A stretch of DNA of 48,026 bases from an uncultured Bacteroidaceae bacterium. Lineage in GTDB: Bacteria > Bacteroidota > Bacteroidia > Bacteroidales > GCA-2748055. This document shows, piece after piece, positions 1-7,893 of the stretch. The notes under the pieces are model-generated. The model was not told the DNA's origin. It saw only the letters and a list, made by a program, of their open reading frames with translations, and did not search any database. The DNA is taken from the NCBI GenBank assembly GCA_964428945.1, contig CAYSAH010000001.1:1-48026 (forward strand), read 5' to 3'. The translations under genes and the position numbers were made by a program. Within the stretch, counting starts at the first letter, position 1, and every line of letters starts with the position of its first letter.

Positions 1-666
1 TCCGGTGGCGAGGACATCAGAATAAGGAACAGACTGCCCAAGGTACAGAACCTCATGACCGGCTTCCTTGAGAAGAAATTGTGCAAACAAGAGCCCTATC
101 TCATGCCATTCTCCTTCTGGAAGGAAAAGAAGAAATTTCTGAGCGTTTGGATTAAACACATGGGAAAAACCTTCAATTGCAGTAATGATCTTCTGGCGGA
201 TCAGGTTAACAACGAAATGTTCCTGTGCCGGACTTACATCACCGGCCATCCATAATACACCAATTTTATTCAGGAACGGGTATACAACAGTCATAAAAGA
301 CTCTGTAAATCCATATTTGGAGATGGTCTTTGAAATTACTGAGCTGAATTTGATCTCATCCATGTCGATCATGGAAATGATCAATGAATCAACAATATTT
401 TCCAGGTTAGGATTGCTGGAGGAAACTCTTAGTATCTCTTCCTTTAATTCTTTATCGGTAAGCCTGGCGATATTGGAGATTTTTATTCCATGCCTGTTAA
501 GCATGGCAACATTCAGAATCTTCTTAAGTTCTTCGTCAGAATAATACCTTATATTGGTTGTGGTACGGTAGGGTTCGATTAAATTGTACCGTTTTTCCCA
601 GATCCTGATCGTGTGAGCTTTAATTCCCGAGAGATTCTCAAGTTCTTTTATTGAATATACAGCCAT
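1..666 (-). CDS. MerR-family transcriptional regulator with cobalamin (B12)-binding domain, CarH/LitR-like; 3' end cut by window edge
   Basis: Absent from the ORF track because it runs off the left edge. The reverse complement of 1-666 is open from the ATG at 666-664: MAVYSIKELENLSGIKAHTIRIWEKRYNLIEP (MerR-type HTH). Downstream lie W139-x9-E149-H150 (VLWMAGDVSPAQEHF) and E186-x-H188-x-x-G191 (EGEWHEIG), matching B12-binding domain signatures. Confidence 0.75.
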   Translation of the reverse strand, partial: MAVYSIKELENLSGIKAHTIRIWEKRYNLIEPYRTTTNIRYYSDEELKKILNVAMLNRHGIKISNIARLTDKELKEEILRVSSSNPNLENIVDSLIISMIDMDEIKFSSVISKTISKYGFTESFMTVVYPFLNKIGVLWMAGDVSPAQEHFVVNLIRQKIITAIEGFSHVFNPNAQKFLLFLPEGEWHEIGLLFAQFLLKEAGHEVLYLGQSVPYSDVLATG

Positions 667-698
667 CTCTGCATCTTATATTTGTTCATTTCCAGCAA

Positions 699-728
699 AT
701 AAACAAGATTTAGGGGCAAATTGTTTAT
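699..728. promoter_or_regulatory. 8-bp inverted repeat ATAAACAA-N14-TTGTTTAT upstream of the MerR/B12 gene (candidate operator or weak terminator)
   Basis: Read directly in the 78-bp gap between the O-methyltransferase stop (745) and the regulator ATG (666). No known consensus matched. Confidence 0.2.
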
Positions 729-744
729 AGATGACTAAATTATT

Positions 745-1398
745 TTAAACAAATTGTTTTTTCCTGATCAGCATCAAGCCATCCCTGATGGTTAGAAAGA
801 CATTTTCAACCCGGGAATCGGATTGCACAAGGTCATTGAATTCATTGAGCCTGGCGGCTGACTCATCTTTTGGAGGAACTTCAGTTACCTTACCACTCCA
901 AAGGACATTATCTGCGATTATATATCCTCCCGGCTTAAGGACATTCATGCACAAGCTGTAGTATTCAGTGTAATGTTCCTTATTGGCATCAATAAAGATC
1001 AGGTCAAAGGTTTCCTGCAGGGAGGGCACAATTTCGAGGGCATCGCCAATGATAAGTTCAGTTTTGGAGCTGATGCCGGCTTCATGGAAGAATCCGCTCA
1101 CGAGCTCTTCCAGCTCCTCATTCACCTCAATTGTTGTTATCCTGCCACCTTTAGCAAGGCCCTTAGCCAGGCAGTATGCAGAGTAACCTGTAAAGGTCCC
1201 TATTTCAAGGATTTTTTCAGGCCGGATCATCTGGCTGAGGAAAGAGAGAAATTGTCCCTGTACTTTTCCTGAAAGCATTTGGGGATGAACCGTTTTCAGA
1301 TGTGTCGTCCTGAAAAGGTCCAAAAGTACCTTGTCTTCATCTGTGGTATGCCTTTCGGCATAGCGCGAAATCTCATCCGGGAATTCAAAAAGATTCAT
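745..1398 (-). CDS. Class I SAM-dependent O-methyltransferase (family 3, caffeoyl-CoA OMT / YrrM-TrmR-like)
   Basis: 217-aa ORF. SAM-binding motif ILEIGTFTGYS, then FDLIFIDANKEHY and GGYIIADNVLW, typical of O-methyltransferase family 3. Its start overlaps the upstream gene's stop by 4 nt (ATGA). Confidence 0.85.
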   Translation of the reverse strand: MNLFEFPDEISRYAERHTTDEDKVLLDLFRTTHLKTVHPQMLSGKVQGQFLSFLSQMIRPEKILEIGTFTGYSAYCLAKGLAKGGRITTIEVNEELEELVSGFFHEAGISSKTELIIGDALEIVPSLQETFDLIFIDANKEHYTEYYSLCMNVLKPGGYIIADNVLWSGKVTEVPPKDESAARLNEFNDLVQSDSRVENVFLTIRDGLMLIRKKQFV

Positions 1399-2624
1399 TG
1401 CTGGTAGATCAGGATGTTTAACTTTTCAGGATCGAAAATCTCATTGGCTATATCCCTTAGTTTTGAAGCTGAAATTGCTTCAAGCTTTTCAGAAATCTCT
1501 TCCAGGCTGTCCACACGCTTAAAAAGCAAATAACTTTTTGCCATGCTGAGCATAAGGTTTTCACTGCTATCAGAGGAGATGGCGATCTGCCCGAGCAATT
1601 GTCGCCTGGCAAAACCAAGCTTGCTTTCAGGGATCAGCCGTGTTTGAAGTTTCTGTAGTTCAGTTTTTGTAACTGCAAGAGATTCATTGAATCTTTCACG
1701 GTCACAACTGAAATAGATATTTACTGCCCCTGTATCAGTATAAGCCAGATAATGTGATTCTGCACTGTATGAATAGCCTCTCCGCTCACGCAGTGCCATG
1801 TTCAGCCTGGAATTCATCCCGGGTCCGCCAAGAATATTGTTTAAGAGGTGTAGGGCTATCCTGTTGTCATTCTTGTATGAATAGGCTTCGCCCGACAGGA
1901 TGCAATGGGTCTGGAAGGTATTGCGTTCGATCCGGGTGTTCAATCCCCTGGTTGCCAGGGGAGCACTTCTGTGCCTTGTCCTTTGCCGCTGGGGGAGATC
2001 CTTAAAATAAGTTTCGGCGTATTTGATAACTGTTGAAAATTCAATATTTCCGATCGAGCAGAGCACGATTTCCTCCGTTGCATAATTTTCTGAAAGAAAA
2101 GTTTCGACCAGGCCGTTCCTGAAGCGTTGCAAAGACTCTTTTGTTCCCAGGATATTTCTTCCGATGGAATGATCCGGAAATAAAAGTTCCTCCGCATGGT
2201 CAAAGATCAGCTCTGAAGGCGAATCCTCGTAGGTTTGAATCTCGCTGAGAATGACTTCAGCCTCCTTTTTTCGCTCCTTTTCTGAAAAAAGCGAGTTGAC
2301 AAAAATATCCTGGATCAGTTCAATGGCCTTTTTCAGATCTCCTTTCAGGAAGGAGGCATAGATTGCAGTCTCTTCCTTGGTTGTATATGCATTGATCTCT
2401 CCTCCAACATCTTCGAGCCGTGATATGATCTGGTAGGCCGATCGTTTTTTGGTCCCCTTGAAGAACATATGTTCAACAAAATGAGCCATGCCATGTTCTT
2501 CCGGGTATTCATCCCTTGTACCGGTATGTACCAGCAAACCAAAATGCGCCACCTCAGAATTGTTTCTGCTGTGGATAAGCCTGATACCGTTGGGCAGGGT
2601 ATGTGTCTCGTAATTTGCTTTCAT
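1395..2624 (-). CDS. M16-family (pitrilysin/insulinase-like) zinc peptidase
   Basis: 409-aa ORF with the inverted zinc motif HxxEH (GMAHFVEHMFFKGT) near the N-terminus. Length and layout fit single-chain M16B peptidases. Confidence 0.85.
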   Translation of the reverse strand: MKANYETHTLPNGIRLIHSRNNSEVAHFGLLVHTGTRDEYPEEHGMAHFVEHMFFKGTKKRSAYQIISRLEDVGGEINAYTTKEETAIYASFLKGDLKKAIELIQDIFVNSLFSEKERKKEAEVILSEIQTYEDSPSELIFDHAEELLFPDHSIGRNILGTKESLQRFRNGLVETFLSENYATEEIVLCSIGNIEFSTVIKYAETYFKDLPQRQRTRHRSAPLATRGLNTRIERNTFQTHCILSGEAYSYKNDNRIALHLLNNILGGPGMNSRLNMALRERRGYSYSAESHYLAYTDTGAVNIYFSCDRERFNESLAVTKTELQKLQTRLIPESKLGFARRQLLGQIAISSDSSENLMLSMAKSYLLFKRVDSLEEISEKLEAISASKLRDIANEIFDPEKLNILIYQQ

Positions 2625-2632
2625 TCAGGCCA

Positions 2633-2640
2633 CAAAAGTA
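2633..2640 (-). promoter_or_regulatory. Candidate Bacteroidota -7 promoter box (TACTTTTG on minus strand)
   Basis: Exact TAnnTTTG match 9 nt upstream of the M16 peptidase ATG. This would imply a near-leaderless mRNA. Confidence 0.2.
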
Positions 2641-3013
2641 GTAAATCTGCAACACGAATTTCAGAAATTAACACTTTGGTTGACACAAATGTTGCCAGGG
2701 AATAGCAATAACAGGCTTTTTGTCTCCACAAATGTCTTGCATCCTTTATTATTCCCCGTCGAGCTCGAAAATGTTGCCCGCAAAAGTTCAATAAACTATA
2801 CTTCGTGTCAACCGTATTCATGAAAGGACACACCTGATACCTGACGCCTCTTACCTGAATCCTGAATCCAATTGTCTCAACCCTCTCGCCTTGCGCCTTG
2901 CACCTCATACCTTACGCCTCCACTCGATCTGCCCCTTGACTGCAGGTCTTATTTATAACCGGTCTAAAAACATCATTCTTGTCCAAACGCTTGTACCATT
3001 TCAAAAATGTAAC

Positions 3014-3021
3014 TAAATTTG
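3014..3021 (+). promoter_or_regulatory. Candidate Bacteroidota -7 promoter box (TAAATTTG) upstream of tRNA-Phe
   Basis: Exact TAnnTTTG match about 95 nt upstream of the tRNA 5' end. Confidence 0.3.
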
Positions 3022-3115
3022 CCTCGCTTTTAACGAAAAGCATCGAAACGAAATATGCATATTGAAACCAAACTTCAACATTCAACATTCGTTATTCGAT
3101 ATTCTACATTCACCT

Positions 3116-3188
3116 GGTGCCATAGCTCAGTTGGTAGAGCACAGGACTGAAAATCCTGGTGTCGCTGTTTCAATTCCAGCTGGCACCA
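3116..3188 (+). tRNA. tRNA-Phe (anticodon GAA)
   Basis: 73-nt cloverleaf folded by hand: acceptor GGTGCCA/TGGCACC, D arm GCTC-AGTTGGTA-GAGC, anticodon arm CAGGA-CTGAAAA-TCCTG, variable loop GTGTC, T arm GCTGT-TTCAATT-CCAGC, discriminator A. CCA is encoded at 3189-3191. One T-stem mismatch (position 53 T opposite 61 C). Confidence 0.9.
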
Positions 3189-3197
3189 CCACTACAG

Positions 3198-3220
3198 AAA
3201 ACCGGCGATAGCCGGTTTTT
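3198..3220 (+). terminator. Rho-independent terminator-like hairpin directly after tRNA-Phe
   Basis: AAAACCGGC-GATA-GCCGGTTTT followed by T: a 9-bp stem, 4-nt loop and U-run. Confidence 0.6.
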
Positions 3221-3276
3221 GTATTAAGAGCCCCAGCGTTGAAAATTCATTTTCATAAGCAAGGGGCTCTTAATAC
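3221..3276. repeat. Perfect 14-bp-stem hairpin (GTATTAAGAGCCCC ... GGGGCTCTTAATAC, 28-nt loop)
   Basis: Arms at 3221-3234 and 3263-3276 are exact reverse complements. Lies inside the 164-bp segment bracketed by the duplicated tRNA 3' end. Confidence 0.6.
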
Positions 3277-3355
3277 AAAATCGTGATAACGATTTCTGAA
3301 GTGGTGGATCCCCCCTCATAAAAGCCTTTCGAGGAATCACCGACCTCAGGGAGGT

Positions 3356-3375
3356 AATTCCAGCTGGCACCACCA
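3356..3375 (+). repeat. Second copy of the tRNA-Phe 3' end (AATTCCAGCTGGCACCACCA), att-like direct repeat
   Basis: 20/20 identity with 3172-3191 (T-loop 3' half, acceptor 3' strand, CCA). No matching 5' acceptor strand lies upstream, so it is a fragment rather than a tRNA gene. Confidence 0.7.
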
Positions 3376-3389
3376 AGAGTAAACGAGGA

Positions 3390-3425
3390 GCCTGCAAGAT
3401 CAATAACTTGCGGGCTTTGTCTTTT
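3390..3425 (+). terminator. Rho-independent terminator-like hairpin after the duplicated tRNA 3' fragment
   Basis: GCCTGCAAG-ATCAATAA-CTTGCGGGC (9-bp stem with one G-U pair) followed by TTTGTCTTTT. Confidence 0.55.
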
Positions 3426-3876
3426 ATGTGTTGACGTTTTCGTTGTCAGTTTAGCCTCATTTGCTTACGAGGAATGGTGGTCAAGTAGATTTGTTGTTTA
3501 TAATAACCAAGCTTCTGGTCTAGGATTCAGGGAGTATTACAAAGGTTGTATCTCCGTAGAACTAAAGGCTATATCAAAATTTTAGAATGTGCATCTGGCA
3601 CAAGCCATTATAATATCCTGCTTATCCTAAAATCCGGTCAATCCGAGTGCAGACAGGGGGATACGCATCGCGGATGAGGACAATGAATAAAATTAAACGC
3701 ACAAAGTAAATAAACCGGGTAATCTTTTCCCCCGGTTCGGTAGTTGTGTAAAAAGAGAAACAAACTATGAAGCTTTTCAACATGATGCCTTCGGACTTTT
3801 CCGGTCCGATACCGGGAGAGATCGAAATACTTATGGCGGAAATCGAGGTATTTGAATGAGATTTTTAAAGATATAC

Positions 3877-4090
3877 CGGAGTTTTCGGAGTATTTTCAAG
3901 TGATATCGGAGCATTTTCAAAAAATATTGAAGCGATTGCTGTTGAAAATGGTAAATAACGTCCCGAAAATGACATCATTATAGGTGTAAATGACCCAAAA
4001 TGTGCTGAAAATGCTCCGATATCACTTGAAAATGCCCGGATTCGTCGTGTAAATGAAGCGATTCGTCGCGTAAATGCCCTGGATTCAGCC
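3877..4090. repeat. Array of ten 21-bp units: two inverted, then eight direct, with core G(A/T)AAATG
   Basis: Direct units start at 3923 (degenerate), 3944, 3965, 3986, 4007, 4028, 4049 and 4070, exactly 21 bp apart. Inverted units lie at 3877-3897 and 3898-3918. Unit 3898-3918 is the exact reverse complement of 4007-4027, giving a 28-bp perfect inverted repeat (3892-3919 / 4006-4033). Confidence 0.8.
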
Positions 4091-4281
4091 CTGCCAAAGG
4101 GATTGCTCATCACCTTATCCTCTGAATTGCACGTGATTCCCATTTCAAATATATCCCATGAACAGGATTTTCAATGGACCGGATATTAATTCTATCGCCT
4201 TGCAGGGAAATACTGTTTCTAAGGAAGATTTTAGAAAATGGGTCGGCTTGTGGACAGCTACCTTAGACAGCAGAAGTATTT

Positions 4282-6672
4282 TTATTCCCCGTATTGAATA
4301 GCTTTCCAATAGTATGGTGGGCTTTTTTGACTTCCGGCACCCGGATGGAAGATAACTTTGTTACTTTGGATCTCCCCCGAGAAAGCACTTATATATATGG
4401 AATCTTTCCCTAAGCCCGTTCGGATCAGTGCTGAACTAATTCCGGCTTCTGTATTAATAATTGCAGGACCGATCAATTTGGCATCTCCTTTAACATAAAA
4501 GGACACAGGCCTGTCATTCTCCCTTACAACCGTGCCATTTTCATCAACAAGAGAAGCATAAACAAATATAAGATCGTTCTTCCCGGCCTCCGGTCTGTAT
4601 TCTTCCAACTCTGTTGTTAACTTGAGCTTTGAAATAATACCGGGAGTACAAACCGTATCACTTGCCACTTTTTTATTATTTATAAAAGCATTTGCTACCA
4701 GTACCCCGGGCACAAATTTGTCGATTTTGAAGCTGAAGGGAGGATGGGAAAGGTTGTTGGAATTGCTGTTCATATCGGGTGCTTGTTTCCCGGCGCTGAT
4801 CCCGTTCACCAGGAGCTCAACTTCCTCAGAATTGCTGAACACCCTTACTTTCAATGGAGATTCCCTGGTCCACCAGGAAGCAATTTTTACCATCGGTCCT
4901 GAACTGAATTCTTCCGATATTTCATTAGCATTGCGCTGGCTTTGGAAGAAATAATAACTGAATTTAGGGACCCGGTCAATGGACATAATGCCTGAAGCCT
5001 CCAGGTCATTTGAATAACCCCTGTTATAATCAAACATCACCCAGTAACTATCCGAAAATGCCGGGGTATTGAAATTGTCATTGTGGGCTTCCTGAATATT
5101 TGAAGCTTGCTGAAGCAGCCTGATTTCACCATCCGACAGCAGTTGCCTGCTTGAACGCTCAGCCTGCAGCAAGCCACTCCACTTATCCTGGTTAAAGCCT
5201 GCATTCATGGCATAGTATTCCCAGTCGCCGTATTCCGAAACGCTGTAGGGTTTTTCAGGCTCCTGGTAATGCTGAAGGCGGTGTTGCCTGGCCTGAAGGT
5301 AGATATCATATTTATATTCCTGCCAGCCCGCAGTGTAACACTGGCCTCCAGGGTATTCTTCATGGGCAATACCTGTCAGCTGGTCGATAAAGGACGAATC
5401 CATCCACGACTCATTAAGCGAAACTTCCCATGCCATAACACAGGGATGATTCCTGTCGCGCCGGATCAGATCGCGGCACGTATTGAATACCTGCTCCTGG
5501 AATTCAGGTTCCCTGCTGAAATATTGCCAGCCCAGGATGGCATCCGTAACAAGCAGTCCCAGTTCATCACAAGCATCCATGAATGCAGGGGCATGCGGAT
5601 AGTGTGAAAGGCGGATATAATCGAAGCCGGCTTCCTTGATCCTGAGGGCATCACGATATTGTGCTTCATTGCTTAGTGCGTAACCGACATAAGGATACTC
5701 CTGGTGTCGGTTGATACCCCGGAGAAATTGTTCCTCCCCGTTGATCCTGAAGCTTTCTTTAGTTATATCAATCTTTCGGATACCTGTTCGGGTTTCTTCG
5801 TAATCCCTCACCTTGTCATTTTCAAAGATTATGGTTTTCAGGGTATACAAAGTCGGTGATTGAGGCGACCAAAGTTCAGGATGAACCAATGACAGCAAAG
5901 AGGAATCGCTTGTTTCATCACCGGGCCGCAGCACATAGCTTTGTGAAGATGAACCTGCCACAAGAACAGAATCCTTCCACAATTCGTTTACAACTATGAA
6001 GGTCCTTGTCCTCCCGTCCTGGTTGATCACCTGGGTAAGAACTTCCAGAATAGCCTCCTCTTTTTCTACTTTTAAATAACGTACAAATACACCTCCCCCT
6101 CCCGGCTTTTTTGCCAGAATGGGATCCGTAATGTGCAGCGGGTCCTTAACCATAAGAGAGACATCACGATAAAGACCACCGTACATATTGAAATCAAGAT
6201 TACGCATGGGTTTCGGGCCTGTAACCTGATTGTCATTGTTATCAAGCCTGACAAGGATTGTATTTTTTGATCCAAATTTTGCCATGTCGCTGAATTCAAA
6301 AACAACTGGTAAATATCCTCCTTTGTGAGAAGCCGCTTTTATGCCGTTCATCCAAAACTCCGAAACATTCATTGCTCCTTCAAATCTCAGGAACAGTCTT
6401 TTATTTTTAGATGAAAGTGGAAGGGCAAATTCTTTTTTATACCAGCAGATTCCCTGCCATTGTCCATCCATCACACGGGGTTCAAGATGCGGGGTGTGCG
6501 GCAGGGTGATGGATTCCCAGTCACCCTCATTCAGTATTTGCTCAACAGGAAGGTCTGAGATCTTAAACTCCCAGTGATCATTAAAAAGGGTTTCCCGGAA
6601 TTTTGTATTGCTGCAGGCGAATAATGAAATTGTGAAGACGAGCAGGATAAGATTACGTATTCTTAATAACAT
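4282..6672 (-). CDS. Glycoside hydrolase family 2 (beta-galactosidase-like), secreted/lipoprotein
   Basis: 796-aa ORF. Signal peptide ending LFAC. GH2 acid/base region NHPCVMAWEVSLNES and nucleophile region SVSEYGDWEY. Sits in a PUL beside GH53. Confidence 0.85.
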   Translation of the reverse strand: MLLRIRNLILLVFTISLFACSNTKFRETLFNDHWEFKISDLPVEQILNEGDWESITLPHTPHLEPRVMDGQWQGICWYKKEFALPLSSKNKRLFLRFEGAMNVSEFWMNGIKAASHKGGYLPVVFEFSDMAKFGSKNTILVRLDNNDNQVTGPKPMRNLDFNMYGGLYRDVSLMVKDPLHITDPILAKKPGGGGVFVRYLKVEKEEAILEVLTQVINQDGRTRTFIVVNELWKDSVLVAGSSSQSYVLRPGDETSDSSLLSLVHPELWSPQSPTLYTLKTIIFENDKVRDYEETRTGIRKIDITKESFRINGEEQFLRGINRHQEYPYVGYALSNEAQYRDALRIKEAGFDYIRLSHYPHAPAFMDACDELGLLVTDAILGWQYFSREPEFQEQVFNTCRDLIRRDRNHPCVMAWEVSLNESWMDSSFIDQLTGIAHEEYPGGQCYTAGWQEYKYDIYLQARQHRLQHYQEPEKPYSVSEYGDWEYYAMNAGFNQDKWSGLLQAERSSRQLLSDGEIRLLQQASNIQEAHNDNFNTPAFSDSYWVMFDYNRGYSNDLEASGIMSIDRVPKFSYYFFQSQRNANEISEEFSSGPMVKIASWWTRESPLKVRVFSNSEEVELLVNGISAGKQAPDMNSNSNNLSHPPFSFKIDKFVPGVLVANAFINNKKVASDTVCTPGIISKLKLTTELEEYRPEAGKNDLIFVYASLVDENGTVVRENDRPVSFYVKGDAKLIGPAIINTEAGISSALIRTGLGKDSIYISAFSGEIQSNKVIFHPGAGSQKSPPYYWKAIQYGE

Positions 6673-6727
6673 ATTTGTTTTGTTATTTAAATTTAGTCGG
6701 GTCAGGCAGGCCTTTTTAACTTCAGGC

Positions 6728-7864
6728 TTATTCTTCCGGTTTCTTTTTGAAGGCAGTTATTCCTTTATAAGCATTCCCATCAGGGGAGAACAAGCTCCTC
6801 CCCAGGTACGGCACCCTGGAAGAGGGAATGTCAAGTCCATCAGGCTTCCAATAAAAAATCCCTTTCACCTTGGGATATTTTCTCAGAATACTGTCGAGGG
6901 CAACAAGAAAATCATACTGACCCTGTTCATCAGGAGGAAAGGGCTTGTAATCAAGAACCCACTCTGCCGGCTCCGGGTAAAAACCATTGGAATAATAGGC
7001 AGTTTCGACGATTATGATCTCCTGCTGCTTGTTTTGTGAAAGCCATGCGAGGTTTTTTTCAAGGTCTTCAAGAGTTCCATGCCACCAGGGATAATAACTC
7101 AGTCCGATAACATCGAATTCGACATCGTACTGTGCTATCTTTGTAAAGAATTTTCCGGTTGCAGCAAGGTCACCGCCCTTATCAATATGAATCATAACCG
7201 GAACCCCCGCTTCGGTTCCAAAAGCATCGTTTACACCGCTGATACCGGACTTCACCAATGTGCAGAAATTTTTCCAGTTTTCCTGTCCATCGGTATAGAT
7301 CTGCCCATCGGGCCAGAGCATTCCCGGGCTGATTTCATTTCCGACCTGGACCATATCCGGGGCTACTCCGGCAGCCTTCATCTTTTCAATGACCATTTTA
7401 CTGTATTGGTATACACTGTCATTCAGAACTTCGAACGACAAATTTTCCCATGATTTGGGTTTTGTTTGTTTGCCTGGATCTGCCCAGGTATCCGAGTAAT
7501 GGAAATCGAGTAACAATTTCATTCCTGCAGCCTTTATTTTTTTTGAAAGGGCAATCGTGTATTCAAGGGAATTACATACAGGTCCGATCATATCCGGAGT
7601 ATGAAATATCCTTACCCTTCCGTAATTATATCCATTGTCTGTAAATATTTCAAGGGCATTTTTCTCTACACCATCAATCCTGTATTTCCCTCCACTGTCC
7701 TCCATCTTTTTCAGGATGGAAAAATCTCCTCCGTATATGAAATTGTCTTCCTGCGGCGGGATTGTATCACAGGACAATTGAAAAAGGAAAAGGAATAAAA
7801 ACTGGAGCAAAGTTGCAAGCGATGCTATTTCCCGGCTGCGGGATTTGTTTCTGTTATTTTGCAT
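6728..7864 (-). CDS. Glycoside hydrolase family 53, arabinogalactan endo-beta-1,4-galactanase
   Basis: 378-aa ORF. GH53 hallmarks: DFHYSDTWADPGKQ, acid/base VQVGNE, nucleophile region IIIVETAY. Confidence 0.85.
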   Translation of the reverse strand: MQNNRNKSRSREIASLATLLQFLFLFLFQLSCDTIPPQEDNFIYGGDFSILKKMEDSGGKYRIDGVEKNALEIFTDNGYNYGRVRIFHTPDMIGPVCNSLEYTIALSKKIKAAGMKLLLDFHYSDTWADPGKQTKPKSWENLSFEVLNDSVYQYSKMVIEKMKAAGVAPDMVQVGNEISPGMLWPDGQIYTDGQENWKNFCTLVKSGISGVNDAFGTEAGVPVMIHIDKGGDLAATGKFFTKIAQYDVEFDVIGLSYYPWWHGTLEDLEKNLAWLSQNKQQEIIIVETAYYSNGFYPEPAEWVLDYKPFPPDEQGQYDFLVALDSILRKYPKVKGIFYWKPDGLDIPSSRVPYLGRSLFSPDGNAYKGITAFKKKPEE

Positions 7865-7893
7865 TATTTTTTTTAAGGTTCATTTATAGCTTA

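Noticed and set aside
55-544. Plus-strand track ORFs 55..255 and 185..544
   Set aside because: They lie antisense to a much better minus-strand reading frame, the MerR/B12 regulator, which is open across 1-666 with clear motifs. They are shadow ORFs with low-complexity translations.
2621-2908. 95-aa minus-strand ORF whose stop overlaps the M16 peptidase ATG (ATGA), suggestive of translational coupling
   Set aside because: The translation is Arg/Cys-rich with no motif. It spans the CCTGA/CGCCT repeat tract and the exact -7 box at 2633-2640 lies inside it. The overlap is most likely chance.
3295-3375. Possible second tRNA or tRNA-like gene ending in TGGCACCACCA
   Set aside because: No complementary 5' acceptor strand (GGTGCCA) and no D or anticodon arms can be folded upstream. 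Only the last 20 nt match the tRNA.
3767-3859. 30-aa plus-strand ORF (MKLFNMMPSDFSGPIPGEIEILMAEIEVFE)
   Set aside because: Too short, no recognisable motif, no supporting promoter box. Cannot be supported from sequence alone.
3877-4090. CRISPR array
   Set aside because: Units are contiguous 21-mers with a conserved 7-nt core, not 28-37-nt repeats alternating with unique spacers. No cas genes in the window.
3865-4143. Track ORF (92 aa, minus) called as an ordinary CDS
   Set aside because: Its openness may simply follow from the 21-bp (7-codon) DNA periodicity. There is no signal peptide, motif or promoter evidence. It is kept as an alternative explanation in the repeat-array finding rather than as a feature.
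3192-4281. Integrated mobile element or genomic island next to tRNA-Phe
   Set aside because: Only the att-like duplication and repeat arrays are present. There is no integrase, excisionase, transposase, rep or cargo ORF of credible length, so I report the scar and array as findings, not a mobile_element feature.
4158-4301. 47-aa plus-strand ORF (MNRIFNGPDINSIALQGNTVSKEDFRKWVG...) overlapping the GH2 3' end
   Set aside because: Short, unrecognised, and overlaps a well-supported convergent gene. No evidence beyond being open.
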